Part shown: piece after piece, positions 35,617 to 48,315 of the stretch
Layout of the letters: every line of letters starts with the position of its first letter
Numbering within the stretch: the first letter of the stretch is position 1
From: Azolla caroliniana
Lineage: Eukaryota > Plantae > Polypodiophyta
NCBI GenBank assembly: GCA_043228905.1
Contig: JBHGNT010000013.1
Location: forward strand, 6,448,001 to 6,512,000
Length of the DNA stretch: 64,000 nt
Direction of reading: 5' to 3'
Notes under the pieces: model-generated
What the model saw: only the letters and a program-made list of their open reading frames with translations
The model's database searches: none
What the model was told of the DNA's origin: nothing
Translations under genes and position numbers: made by a program

Positions 35617-38600
35617 TTAACCGGACCGATTTTTCATTACGCCCATCTGGTGCCGAAGGAACCGGAAATGATCCGTTGAAAGACACTTGGTCATTCCATC
35701 TGCGACATTATCGATTGTGGATATTTTCTCGAGACCAATTTTCCTTGAAATGATGCAGTCCCGAACGAAGTGATATCGAACGTCAATATGCTTGGAGGCA
35801 TTGTGGTGAACCGGATTCTTTGACAAAGCAACAACACCCTGACTGTCGTTGTAGAAAACCGGAGCCGAGTCGAGGTCGACCTATCGAAACGTGTGCGCCA
35901 TCCGACTGAACCATAAGGCCTCTTTTGCTGCGTTAGACGCAGCTACATATTCCGCTTCGGTCGTTGAGGTGGTTGTGCACTCCTGAAGTTTCGACTTCCA
36001 CGAGATTGCTCCATTGCCAAATTTGAAATAGTATCCAGTTGTTGATTTTTGACTGTCCACGCAGCCGACGAAGTCCGAGTCAGTGTAACCGACTACGCCT
36101 GAGGTTAAGTTCAGGCCAAAAAGAATGTCATGGTCTTTTGTGCCAGCTAGATATCTGAATACATGCTTGACTGTGTTCTAGTGCGATCAGCCTGGGTTGT
36201 GCATGAATCTGTTGACGACTCCTACGGCGTGAGAAATATCAGGCTGTGTCGCGACCATCGTGTACATAAGGGAGCCGACTGCCGGTGCATACGGTACCGA
36301 CTTCATATCTTCCCCCTCCGGACCGGATGTCGGGCAGTCTCGCTGAGATAGCCGAAGGTTAATGGGGAGCGGGGTCGAAGCAGACTTGGCCGAGTGCATG
36401 TTGAAGCATTCCAAGACACGTCTGATGTAGTCGGTTTGAGACAAGAAAAGTTGTCATTTCTCACGATGCCGACTAATCTTCAGACCAAGTATGTGTCTTG
36501 CCGGACTGAGCTCCTTCATGGTAAACTTCAACCGCAGTTTCCGAACGAGTTCAGTGAGCTCTCTGGCATTCCGACCGGAGAGTAGCATGTCGTCCACGTA
36601 GATGATGAGGAAGATGGGAGACCCGTCTTGAGCTGTTTTGGTGAAGAGACAGTGGTCCTCATCGCTCTTTGAGAAGCCGACCGATTGGATGAAGTCGTCA
36701 AACTTCTTGTACCACTGTCGAGGTGCCTGTTTCAGGCCATAGAGACTCTTGTTGAATCGGCAGACTAGATGTTCTTGGCCGGATGCCACAAAGCCTTTCG
36801 GTTGCTCCATATAGATTTCCTCCTGTAGGTCACCATGGAGGAATGCCGTTTTTACATCTAGTTGAATCAACTCCAAGTTGTCGGCGGCCACGACGCCGAA
36901 CATGAAACGAAGGCTTGTCATTTTCATCACTAGTGAAAAGATTTCGTCGAAGTCGACGCCATATTCTTGTCGAAATCCCTTCGCAACTAATCTGTCCTTG
37001 TACTTTGGGTTGGTCGAGTCGGACGTCTCTTTTAGTCGATAGACCCACTTACACGGAAGAGCACGTTGATTCTTCGGTAATTCGACCAAGTCCCAAGTCT
37101 TGTTTGCCCGAATGGAGTGCATTTCCGACTCCATCGCCAGATGCCATGTGGTTGAATCGGCAGATGCCGATGCTTCTTCGTAAAACGTCGATAAAGAAAA
37201 TTCCGGGAGAGTACCTCTCCGGAGGTTGCGACAGTCTCTCGGATCTGCGAGGTATGACTAGACTAGTCGCACCGGGTGTTGATGTCGGATGGTCGGGAGC
37301 CGAGCCATTCAGTTGTGTTGAATCGGTGGATTCGGTGCGAGAGTTGTTGGTTCCCCGTGAAACCGATCTCGTGTTGTGGGTTGGGCCTTCATGAAGTGTT
37401 GGCACTTTGGAGAATATTACCCTTTGGACTTCAATAGGCCTTCCAACCGTTTTATGCATGGCTGACTCGTTGAACACGACGTCCGAACTTCGGACGATTT
37501 GTCTGTGCTCGGGGTCCTAGAGTCGGTATCCGATCTCGCCGTCGGGTCCATATCCAAGGAAAACACATTTCCTTGATCTTGGTTCGAGTTTCCGGCGGTC
37601 GTCTTTTGGTATGAGGGCATCCGCCTCGCAGCCGAAGATCCTCAGCTTGTCATAATTCGGCGTATGCCGGTCCATATTTCCTGAGGTATTTTAAGTCCTA
37701 GAGGTCTACTTGGTGACATATTTATTATGTGTACTGTCATAAGTAGAGCCTGCTCCCAGAAGCCATCCGACAGTCCGGAGTGTTGGAGCATGGATACTAT
37801 GCGTTCTTGAATCGTCTGATTCATGCGTTCTGCAATTCTGTTCTGCTCCGAACTATAAGGTGTCGTATATTCACGTCGAATGCCGCGTTCCCGGCAAAAT
37901 TTGACGAATTCTTCAGACTTGAATTCTCCTCCATTGTTAGTTCGGAGACATTTTAGTTTCCGATCGGTCTGATTTTCGACCATTGCAAGCCATTCGGAGA
38001 ACATCGAGAACACCCGATCTTTGGTTTTGATGGGGTAAGCCCACACCTTCCGAGTCGAGTCGTCAATAAAACTGACGAAGTATGAAGCATCGCTGAGAGA
38101 CTAATTTGGCATCGGGCCACAGACATCCAAGTGGACCAAATCAAGGGGACTTGATTCTCTTGGTGCTGATGTCGAGTGTGATGCGACTACCTGTTTGCCG
38201 TACTGGCAATGCTCGCAGAATTGGTGATCCGAGAAGGAGAGTTTGGGGCTGTAACCGGCTCTGGATAAGTGCGTTATGTTGGCCTTGCTGAGATGTCCAA
38301 GTCGTCCGTGCCATAACGATGACACGGGGATATCAACCAAAAATAAGTCACCCTCTTTGAGTGTGACATATAAAGGATACAAGGAATGTACCTTTGGTCC
38401 TCGAGCAAGCAGGGGGTTCCCTTTGTGGAGTGTCCACCCTCCTAATGAGAAACCGGCACAAATGCCGGCTTCGTCAAGCTGTCTGACTGAGATCAAGGGT
38501 CTTGAGAGCTCAGGAATGTGTCAGACGTTGTGTAGTACGAGTGTAGAGCCGCCCGGAAGGTTGAGCTCTACGGTGGCGATTCCGATTATAGAACAGTACT

Positions 38601-39593
38601 GCGAGTTTCCGACTCGAACTGAGTTGGAGTGACGGTCCGAGTATTGCCAAAACTGAGATCAGTGAGGTGTCACATGATACGATGCGCCCGAGTTCAGGAG
38701 CCATGTGCTCGATTCCTCAATCGTAAGTAGAACTTCTGATTCAACTGGGTTCTCTATGGACAGTATGTTCGGGTTGGTCGTCAAAATTTCGGCTGAAGAG
38801 TCGACGTAGTTGACCTCCTCATGCCAGCTACTCTTTTGATCCGCTCTCTGAGCTTTGTCGGTTTTTTCTTTGAGTGCCCGACAGTCGGCTTTGATGTGTC
38901 CCCATTTCTTGCAATAGTTGCAGATTCGGTTGTCCCGGAACTTGCTTCGGCTTCGTTGATTGTTCAGCGGTCGGTCGAACCTTGTACTACGTAAGCTTCA
39001 TCTGCCGAGTCTTTGGTGAAAGACTTTCTCCGAGTTGCTTCAGTCAGGATTGCGCTCGTGACTTCGGAGTACTTAACGGCAGTTGTTGAAGCATTGCACA
39101 CGGTTGTAACGAAAGTTTCCCGTGAAGAGGGGAGACTACTCATGAGTATCATTGCTTTGAGTTCATCCTCGATTGTTGTCCCTTGAGACGAGATTTGGGA
39201 GCTTATGCTTTCGTACTCGTTGAGGTGTGTCTAAACCGAATCGGATTCTTTCACCTGCAAGTTGTAAAGGCGTCGGATCAGATACATCTTCGTTGCCACG
39301 ACCTTCTTTTCATACGTTTCTAAAAGTGTTTTCCAAAGTTCAAATGTTGTCGAGCATGATTGCACTGTGAAGTACACTGATTCCAACAAGTGCATCCGAA
39401 TCGTGGCACGGACAATTATGTCCAGCTTCTGCCACTCGTTTGCCTTGTATGCTTCTGGGGAATTTTCATTCTCAATCGGGTCTATCTGACCCTTGACTAT
39501 GAGATAGCCCTGCATTTGTTCCTTCCAGAAGTTGAAGTTTGAGCCGTCGAACCTCCTTAGACTCATCTCCGATGAGCCGGATGTTGATGCCAT
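35617..39593 (-). pseudogene. Copia B gag-pol, disrupted
   Basis: MASTSGSSEMSLRRFDGSNFNFWK gag, LWHGRLGH, LVHLDVCGP, QLDVKTAFLHG, IYVDD, KHIDVRYHF. Contains stops and frameshifts. Confidence 0.93.
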
Positions 39594-40467
39594 CTGCTTC
39601 AGTTTCAGTTGGTAAGACTCGGTTCGGAGTTGACTACGAACCTTAGTGGGGTGCAGTCGGTCGGCTCACCCGATATCGTTCTAGTTGGTTTTGAACCCGA
39701 GTCGGTTTGGTTTCGGATAATTGTTGCTGAACTTGCTCGGAGTGACTTCGGTAACTTGAGGGACAGAATCGGCTGGTCTTCCCGAATGTTGCCGAGTCGA
39801 AGTGAGCCCGGTTAGCTTCCGATCGTATGCCGAATATCGATTACACGAAACTGATTGTTTGGGCCGATTCTGCTTCGGATGACTGCAGCGATGAGAGGGA
39901 CATATCCAACTGATCCTCCCGAATGTCGATCAGCCGAGTGAAGCACAAATTTGGTTGTTGCCTGGAGACCAATCTGCAGCGGGTGGTTACAGCAAGTGGG
40001 TGAATAGCGTCTGGTGACCTATTTGGATGTTGTTTAACCGAATGAAGCACGATTGGGTCGGTTGTTGCTCAAGGAGCTCCCCTCAAGTAGTTACAATCAC
40101 AGGAACAGAGTACAACCGACTGGCTTACTCCAATTTGTGATTTAACACAGTGAGATGTGAGCTTTTTGTTTTTTTTCTTCTCCCTTCTGTTTTCTTCAAA
40201 GAAAACGAAAACGGAATGTTGTGTGGTGTACTATGACGGCCGACGGTGGGTTGAAGAACCTCCAACGCTCTGATACCAAATGTTGGGGACAAGGCCGTCA
40301 ATGCGGAAGTGCAAGCAACATTCGTGATGAAGAAGAACCTGTGTATGCGCATAAGCAAGATATACACACAAAGAGAGATAGGCTCAAAGAAAACGTTATA
40401 TTCTAATAGCAACAATTACAAAGGATGACAACAAACCTTTACTAAAGGTTACAAAGCCACTTTACCT

Positions 40468-43400
40468 TGTCGTGAAGAAAACCGGCCATAAGCGGAATCG
40501 GAGAAAAAGGCGCATGAACCGGCTCTTACATGGGTGGACGCGAGAATTGATATTTTGTACATAATTCATAATTAGGTCGGCTGATGTAAATAATAGGTAG
40601 TACACATTTATTAGGGGATTTGTGAGTATCTCTGTTGAAAGGGACAGGGAATAAAGCGATTTGACTAGGGGAGAAGGGTCTCCCCTCGGCGAACTATTTA
40701 AGGAGAGAAGGAAAAAAAAAGGGTATCGCGCGTTGGCGAGGATGAAGTGCTGCTGCAGAACTGAGTGCCGAGCTCTCTCTCCTCCGATCGTCGTTCTTTG
40801 TGGGTGTCGGGAGTTTGCTTCCTCTACTTCGTGGACAACCCGTGTGCTTCCAGCAGAGGCTCTCTCTCTCTCTCCCCTCCCCCCCCCCTTCCCTTTTTGT
40901 TTCTTCAACTCGAGTGGTTGTCGTCTGTGTGCGTGAGTAGGACCCCATGTCAGGTCCATTACCGGTTTGCCGGTTGTAACTGTTCGAGTTGTAAGCTACT
41001 GATTCTAGTAATCGGATTCCTGTTTCTTGCTCTTATTTTCTTTCTGTGTATCTGCAACTCTTTCTCTCTCTCTCTCACTCTCTCCTTGGTCCAAGACCCC
41101 CGTGGTCCCGCCTCTTCCTGCACGCGAGCGCGAAACTTCGCGACAAAATTGGTGAACCCGACGTGAACAAGTGGCAAAGGAGTCGGGCGATGAGGGGATC
41201 GGAGCTAGCAGAGGCAATGGCGGTAGCCGTTGACCGGCTGGTGAGCGCTCGCGAAGGGACGGGTACCCTCGATAGAGCCATTGAATCGACCGTCGGCAGC
41301 ATAGGCCGATTCGGTGGGAAGAATCCCACAAGTTATTTGGAGGCTTACCGGGCCGAAATGATCATGAGGGATATCCCGGTGGACAGGCGGCTATCCGGAT
41401 TCCCTCGGGTGGTGACGCCGAGCATCCATGCAGAGGTGCTCGAGGTGCTGGCCGGATGCCAGACTTGGGAGGAGTTCGAGCTACAGCTCCTCGAGAAGTA
41501 CGAGTTTGATGACACGCTTCGACTATCAAGGCGGGACTTCATGGCGTGGGTGGAAAGCCCTGGAAAAGGGAGAAACACGTCGGCACTCCTCCAGGACCAT
41601 GCTCGAAACGAGTCGAGTACTACTGTTTGTCAAGTCGGTGGACGCGCTCGACAGGGAAAAGATGGGTCCCCTATTGGAGACGCACGAAGGGCTCACGGTA
41701 GACTGGGCCGTGGTAAAATGGGTCTGCAGTCGTTTCGACAAACGGCGCGAGTGGAGCGACAAAAGCTCATCGGAGTCAGGACCGGTCCCGACGAGCAGGC
41801 TCGAGGAGCCGGTATCGGTGCCAGCCGGAAGGAAGGAAGAGACCCGATTTTGGTTGTAGTCGGGGTCGGCATCGAACGACCTGGTCAAAGGCCCATCAGG
41901 AGGAGCTGACATAAATGGTGCGCGACCTGCAGATCGCACAGGCCCGGAGAGACAACGGCGAACAACCTCGCGACCGGAGGCCGCCAGCTGGGCAGCGGTG
42001 CATGTGGTGTGACGCGATCGGTCACATTCGGAAGGATTGCACGGATTTCGCCGATGCACTCAGGACCAACGTGGTGTACCTCTGGAACGGGCGGGTGCAC
42101 GCAAGCAAGACCCGGAGAGCCCTAGAACTGAATACGGGGCGCGACCAAATGAAGAGGTTGATGGAAGAGGTCGCGACACGGCATGTAGAAGCCGTTAGCT
42201 ACTCAGTGTCGGCGGGAATTCGGGTCGGGGGTGATAAGACCTGGAAGGCGAAGGACTCCGTATTCTGGCCGCTAGTGCTAGAAGGCCTCTCCGGAGTTTG
42301 GTTGAAGAAGGAAGAGGCGGACCGCGCGGAACAGCGGGTCCAGGAGGTCACTGGATGGGACGATCCGGTCGAAGAGAAAACGAGCTTCGTAGAAGCCGCT
42401 TGCCAGAACTACGAGGTTCTGGTGGAAGATAAACAGGTAGGAAAGGCTAGAGGGGTTGGTTCCCCGCAGAGGTACGAGACCCGGTTCGGACCGAAACCGA
42501 TCAGTGCCGGTAACCCAGGCGCGCCGGATGGGAAGAAGCAGGCGGGGTTTCGGTTGAGCACCGAAATCGAGAGAGCAACGGACCTACGGAAGGTCCTTGA
42601 AGAGCGGATCCTCGACAATAAAGTGGAGCTGTCGTTGCAGGAGGCTGGGAATCGCCAAGAGGGAGTTCCACGACTCCATCGTAGACTTGGTGAAGCGGAA
42701 GAGGCTCTCGACGGAGCCGGAACTGGAGAAGCCGGTGGAGGTGCGGACTACGCACTTAGAAGACACGGCCCTAGAAGACGAGTTGGCGGAAAGCCACTAC
42801 GCGAAGCCACATTGGGCCAGGGCAACTACGGAAACCCCTCTACGGATCGGCGACGTTCCGGAACCGGTGGTGGCCTTGGTAGACCATGGATCCGAAATCA
42901 GCCTGATGTCCATGGATTTCTACAAGAAGGGTAAATGGCCGATCAACACCAAGCATGGGTGGAAGATACACGCGGCGACGCGTGCTACGGAGGAGTTGCA
43001 TGGTGCGTGCTCAAATGTACGCGTAAAGATCGGTGACGTCGAGATAGATCAACATTTCTTTGTGCAGGAAACATCCTTGCACCCGATGATTCTCGGTGAA
43101 CCGTACATTACGGCAGCACGCATGGAGACGAAGGTGCTGGACAACGGTTCGGCGTACGCGCGCGTCAAGAGCCAAGACGGTCGGCATTCCGTCCAGTTCA
43201 TGACCGTACGTCTGAACCATGTGAGGAATCGCGAGACCGTCGGCAGGACAGTCGAGGGGATTTTTAGAGAGGGCTATCAAGGCGTGGGGTCGCGGTAGTC
43301 CGGACGTACCAGAAGAACCCCACACATGTATAGTAGGTAGGAAGTTTTGGTTCTTCAAAAACAGAGGTTGTACTATAGCCTGCGTCAGCGGCCGGGAGCG

Positions 43401-46400
43401 GAAGCAAGCGGAGGAGCGGCTCAGGGGATGCAAAGTCCTCTCCCCTGACGAAGAAATCAGCGGCGCCGTGGAGGCGGTCTCTTTTGACGACACCTTGGAT
43501 GAGTTGTGAAAGGTGATCAGTGAAGACCTTAGAGAAGACTGGACCATTCCGGTTAGTTCGATGGGAATGTATGAAGTCATCGCGGACTTCGGGGAAAGGA
43601 TTGGGTCGGATCGGATGGCCCGCGTGGATACAGAGTACAAGATTGTGGACTGGAAGGTGAGGCTAGTCGTGGCACCCTTGCCGGAGGTCAGCGAGGAGCG
43701 GATAAAAGGGGTTGCGTTGGACCCAAGTTTACAGAATCCGGCTGGCATAGGGCACCGGTTCACCGATATAACGCTACGGGAGCTCAAGGTCGGTGGGGGT
43801 GGCTTTCTACTACCGGCGAAGGAGGACAGGTTTCGGAGAATGCTCGGAAGGCATGGGAAAGCCTTCGCGTTCTCGCCGGAGGAGATCGGGTGCGTGGACC
43901 CGACGATCGTCGAACCGATGGTGATCTTCACGGTACCGCATGTATCGTGGAAACTCAAACCGATTCCGATGTTGAGAGCTCACATCCCGAAGTTGATGGA
44001 GCTTCTAAAGCAAAAGGTGGAGATGGGCATCCTCGAACCATCGAGTGCCCCATATTCGAATCGGTGGTTTACGGTGCCGAAGAAGAATGACACGTTGCGC
44101 TTTATTCAGGACCTGCAACTGGTCAACAAGGTGACCATCCGTTATGTAGGAATCAGATCGACCATAGACGAGTTTGCGGAGGCCTTCACTGGAATGTCGA
44201 TCTATTTGGTCGGTGACTTATACTCAGGGTACGACTAGTTCCAGCTAGCTGTGGAGAGCAGGGATATCACGACGATGCGAACTCCTCTCGACCTAGTACG
44301 GATGTGTACCTTACCACAAGGCGGGACGAATTCGGTGGCGCATATGGTGAACGCAATGAACAAGGTGCTGAGGGACTGCATCCCGGACATCACCATGCCA
44401 TTCTTGGACGACATCCCGATAAAGGGGTGTCCGGTGGAAGATGCGGACGAGACTGTCGGTCCAGACGGATGTCAGAGGTTCGTTGTGAACCACATCAACA
44501 ACTGCTAGAAGGTGCTGTAGAAGCTCGAGAGCGCACGACTCACCTTCTCCGGAGAAAAATCGGTGTTCGGGCAGTCGGAGATCTTGGTGGTCGGACACCT
44601 GTGCGGCCCTTACGGTAGGAAACCGTCTCCGGCAAATGTAGAGGCCATCTCCGCGATGAGGAACGATTGCGGGCCGGTTACAAAGGTCCGCAGATTCTTG
44701 GGTGCATGCGCATTCTACCACATCTAGATCCCGCACTATGCACATGTCGCGGAACCCCTCTACGGACTATTGAAAAGGGGGCGTAGCTTTGAGTGGAGGA
44801 CGGAGCACACGGAGTCGGTCCGGAGACTAAAGGAGGCGCTTACAGTAGCACCAGCTCTCTGTAAAGCGGCTTACGACAAGGGAGTCCCCATCTACGTGAC
44901 GGTGGACACGAGCCCGACCGGGATCGGGTGGGTGATCAACCAGGAGGACGAGGATGGCGCACAGTTCTCGATCCGGTTCGAGGCGAAGGTATTGAGCAAG
45001 CGGCAGCGAGGATACGCCCAAGTCAAGCGCGAACTATGGGGTATCGTTTTGGCAGTCAAGGGTGACAGGGACTACCTGATCGGGATGGAGGTAATAATCG
45101 AGACGGACTGTCTGCCGATACTCGGCATGGTTTCCGGATGCGCGACGTCGGACCTAGCAATGCTCTGGTGGATAGCGTACATCAAGTCCCTAAACCCGGA
45201 GATACGGCACATCTCCGGAAAGGATAACGCCATGGCCGACATGCTTTCAAGAGCGAGGTTCAACGACGAAGACGGCATGGTTTCGGATGACGAAGAAGTC
45301 GGCGAGGACTTCTTCGGGTCGGCCAACGTGACGACGAGGAAAAGGGACACTCCAGCGCTTAACGAATTCGACGAAAGTAGGTACGACAGAGAGTGGCTCC
45401 AAATCAGGAGGTTCCTACGGGCAATGACGTCGGACGCAGCGTGGACGAGAGAAGAGGCGAGTCAGGTACGGAAGAAGGCGTACCGATTCTTCCTACAGGA
45501 CGGGTGCATATGGAGGCACCCAAAGAAAAGAAACGACATCCCGCTCCGAGTAGTGGCAAAGAAAGAAGAACAGGAGGAACTATTGGCGGCATTTCACGAG
45601 AGTCCTTGGGCCGGGCACCGCGGAACGTGGGCCACATTCGAGAAGCTGAAGGAGAAGTACTGGTGGCCAGGGCTGTACCAGGATGTGCATCGGTTCGTAA
45701 CGACTTGTGAAAGCTGTCAGATGCACTCCGTAGTCTGACATCGGGACGAGCTACACCCGACCTACCCGCCTACGGTCCATTTTAAGTGGATGGTGGACTT
45801 GGTGACGATGCCGATGGGAGTACGACAGATGCGATACCTGGCGCTTGCGCGAGAAGATTTAACGAACCAGGTGGAAGGCCGTGCACTGCAGAACAAGACA
45901 ACCGCGGCGGTATGCCGGTTCCTGATTGAAGAGGTAGTGTGTCGGTACGGGTGCATTGGGAAGATCGTGGCGGACCGGGGAGAGCTGGATGCGCAGGAAG
46001 CTGAGGAGCTGTTCGATCGTCTAGGGGTCAAACTCTCCCTCACTACTGAGTACAATCCGGAGGTGAACGGGAAGGTAGAACATGGGCACAGGCCGATCGT
46101 AAAGGCGTTGGTGTGTGCATGCGGAGGGCAGGTCGGGAATTGGCCGCGGCTCCTTCCTTATGCATTATGGGCGGACCGAACTACGCACAATTCAGTGACA
46201 GGGTTTATGCCGGCAGAGCTGATGTATGGACAGAAGCCGATCATGCCGATGGAACGGACGGTTTCTTCATGGGCGGCGGTAGACTGGAAGGACGAGATGA
46301 GCCGGGAGGAATTGTTGGCGGCGCAGATTCGGCAACTCGAGCGGAGGCCGGAGGACATGAAACGAGCGAAGGAAAAGTTGCAGGCAGCAAGGGAGCGAAA

Positions 46401-47429
46401 CAAGGCCCGGTTCAACCAGACGCACCGGTTGCGACCAAGGAAGGCCGAGGAAGGCGACTGGGTCTTGGTATATGACAACAACCTCGACAATCAGCACAAG
46501 GCAGTGCGAAAGTTCGCGAGGAGATGGTTCGGGAACTACACGGTGATGAGCGTGAACGACAACGGCACGTACCACCTAGCGGAACTCGACGGGACACGGT
46601 TAGCGGTACTGGTGGCCAGGAAGCAGATCAAAGCGTTCAAGAAGCGGTTCAAGGACGAGCCGGACCCGGAGGGCGTGGACGAGAGCAACAACGATGATCA
46701 GTTCAGGCCCGGCGAAGAATCGGAGAGCGACTAGTGAAGCCGGTTTTCTTCGGTATCTACCCATCTCTGGCGCATGCAAGTGGATGCGTGGTTTGGTGGG
46801 GGTGGATGCTGTGAAGAAAACCGGCCATAGGTGGAATCGAAGAAAAAGGCGCATGAACCGGCTCTTACATGGGTGGACGTGAGAATTTATATTTTGTACA
46901 TAATTCATAATTAGGTCGGCTGATGTAAATACTAGGTAGTACACATTTATTAGGGGATTTGTGAGTATCTCTGTTGAAAGGGATAGGGAATAAAGAGATT
47001 TGACTAGGGGAGAAGGGTATCGTGCGTTGGCGAGGACGAAGTGCTGCTGCAGAACCGAGTGCCGCGCTCTCTCTCCTCCAATCGTCGTTCTTTGTGGGTG
47101 TCGGGAGTTCGCTTCCTCTGCTTCGTGGATAGCCCGTGTGCTTCCAACAGAGGCTCTCTCTCTTTCTCTCCCCCCCCTTCCCTTTTTGTTTCTTCGAGTC
47201 GAGTGGCTGTCGTCTGTGTGCGTGAGTAGGACCCGTGTCAGGTCCATTACCGGTTTGCCGGTTGTAACTGTTCGAGTTGTAAGCTACTGATTATAGTAAT
47301 CTGATTCCTATTTCTTGCTCTTATTTTCTTTCTGTGTGTCTGCAACTCTCTCTCTCTCTCACTCTCTCCTTGGTCCAAGACCCCCGTGGTCCCGCCTCTT
47401 CCTGCACGCGAGCGTGAAACTTCGCGACA
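40468..47429 (+). mobile_element. Ty3/Gypsy element with tRNA-Trp PBS and no chromodomain; LTRs 40468-41145 and 46807-47429
   Basis: LTR ends tgtcgtgaag...cttcgcgaca, PBS tggtgaacccgacgtgaa 41150-41167, PPT-like ggtgggggtgga before 46807, domain order gag-AP-RT-RH-INT. Confidence 0.95.
41190..46734 (+). pseudogene. Gypsy gag-pol, disrupted
   Basis: CMWCDAIGHIRKDC knuckle, ALVDHGSEI protease, LRFIQDLQ / LPQGGTNS / PFLDD RT, TVDTSPTGIG and ADMLSR RNase H, HESPWAGHRG...CESC integrase Zn finger, YALWADRTT core. Confidence 0.93.
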
Positions 47430-48152
47430 GCACCTCTTGACTTTCTCGGTCGGTTGTATACTCAAGGCCCATCTCAGATTTATCGTTGTTGCGACTTCGC
47501 GCTTCTTGACTCATCAGTTCCTCCGTGTCAGTGACGACTTCAACTACCTTCTTGTCTGTTTGGCCTTTAGTTTATCCAGCTCCTCTGAATCAAGCACCTC
47601 TTCCGAATGAGGTGAGTCTGATTCGTTCCAGCTCTTGTCCGAATTGGTTGTCTCCAATTTGTCCTTAATCTTCAAGCCCTTTACCACATCGGTGTTAGGA
47701 ACAATACTAAGATAGAGAAGTATTGTTAGGACCAGTACTAAGACAGAGAAGGAATTAGTACTAAAAGATGAGGATTAGTACTAAAAGAGGTGTAGAACTC
47801 TCGAGAGAAGGAAAGAGTGAGATAGAGGGAGATAAAGAGAAATATATCGAGGGAGAGAGAGAGAGAGAGAGAATGATGATAACAAAAGATATATATTATG
47901 TGAAGAGAATATACAATAGTAGCTAGGAGGCTTAAGACTGGCGTTGAACCGATTTGGTTCGAAATAATGCCGTGTGCCTCCTTATATTGTGTTTTCAGGA
48001 GTACTCCTGAAGTTTCTAGAATGTTCTAGAGAAATTTGGAATATACATCAATTTTCTATACTGAAATAATAAATGAAAATGATATACTTTGTATTACAAT
48101 GCATAGTCTAATGGCAAGGGTTCACTCCATGTAACATAAGGTCATGGGTTCG
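47430..48152 (-). mobile_element. Probable remnant of another LTR element (Z): LTR-like segment from 47693 (tgttagga) with a short internal stretch to its left
   Basis: TG start, duplicated 31-bp terminus (47693, 47724) and (GA)n tract like other LTRs here. Right boundary and PBS are not clear. Confidence 0.45.
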
Positions 48153-48155
48153 AAT
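48101..48155 (+). other. tRNA-like / SINE-head remnant with Pol III A and B boxes
   Basis: A-box-like tagtctaatgg (48104-14) and B-box-like ggttcgaat (48147-55) at tRNA-like spacing, truncated by the Athila-like LTR. Confidence 0.5.
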
Positions 48156-48315
48156 TACGCTTGGATCGCACCACAACCGGTAATGAAGGAGAGCGCCTCA
48201 ACAAGGATGTAGTATGGCTAAAGGACCTACGAAGAGGGAATGGCAAGAGGGAAGAGGGCTAAGGGACATCCAAGTGTGAAAGGTCCGCACCCTAAATGTA
48301 AATGCTATATAAACC

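Larger units (their letters stand above)
29485..40464 (-). mobile_element. Ty1/Copia element B (Tnt1/Tork-like); 3' LTR split into 29485-29665 + 35263-35419; 5' LTR 40281-40464 truncated
   Basis: Matching LTR starts tgttggggacaaggcc at 29485 and 40281. Reverse iMet PBS 40267-40278, reverse PPT ctccccc at 35420. Copia domain order on the minus strand. Confidence 0.93.

Noticed and set aside
43255-43270. Possible ribosomal frameshift site (gggattttt) between protease and RT frames of the Gypsy
   Set aside because: The copy has many other disruptions, so a programmed shift cannot be separated from decay without a family consensus.
43011-47247. Long antisense ORFs over Gypsy pol and LTR
   Set aside because: These are shadow frames of GC-rich coding sequence with no recognisable motifs.
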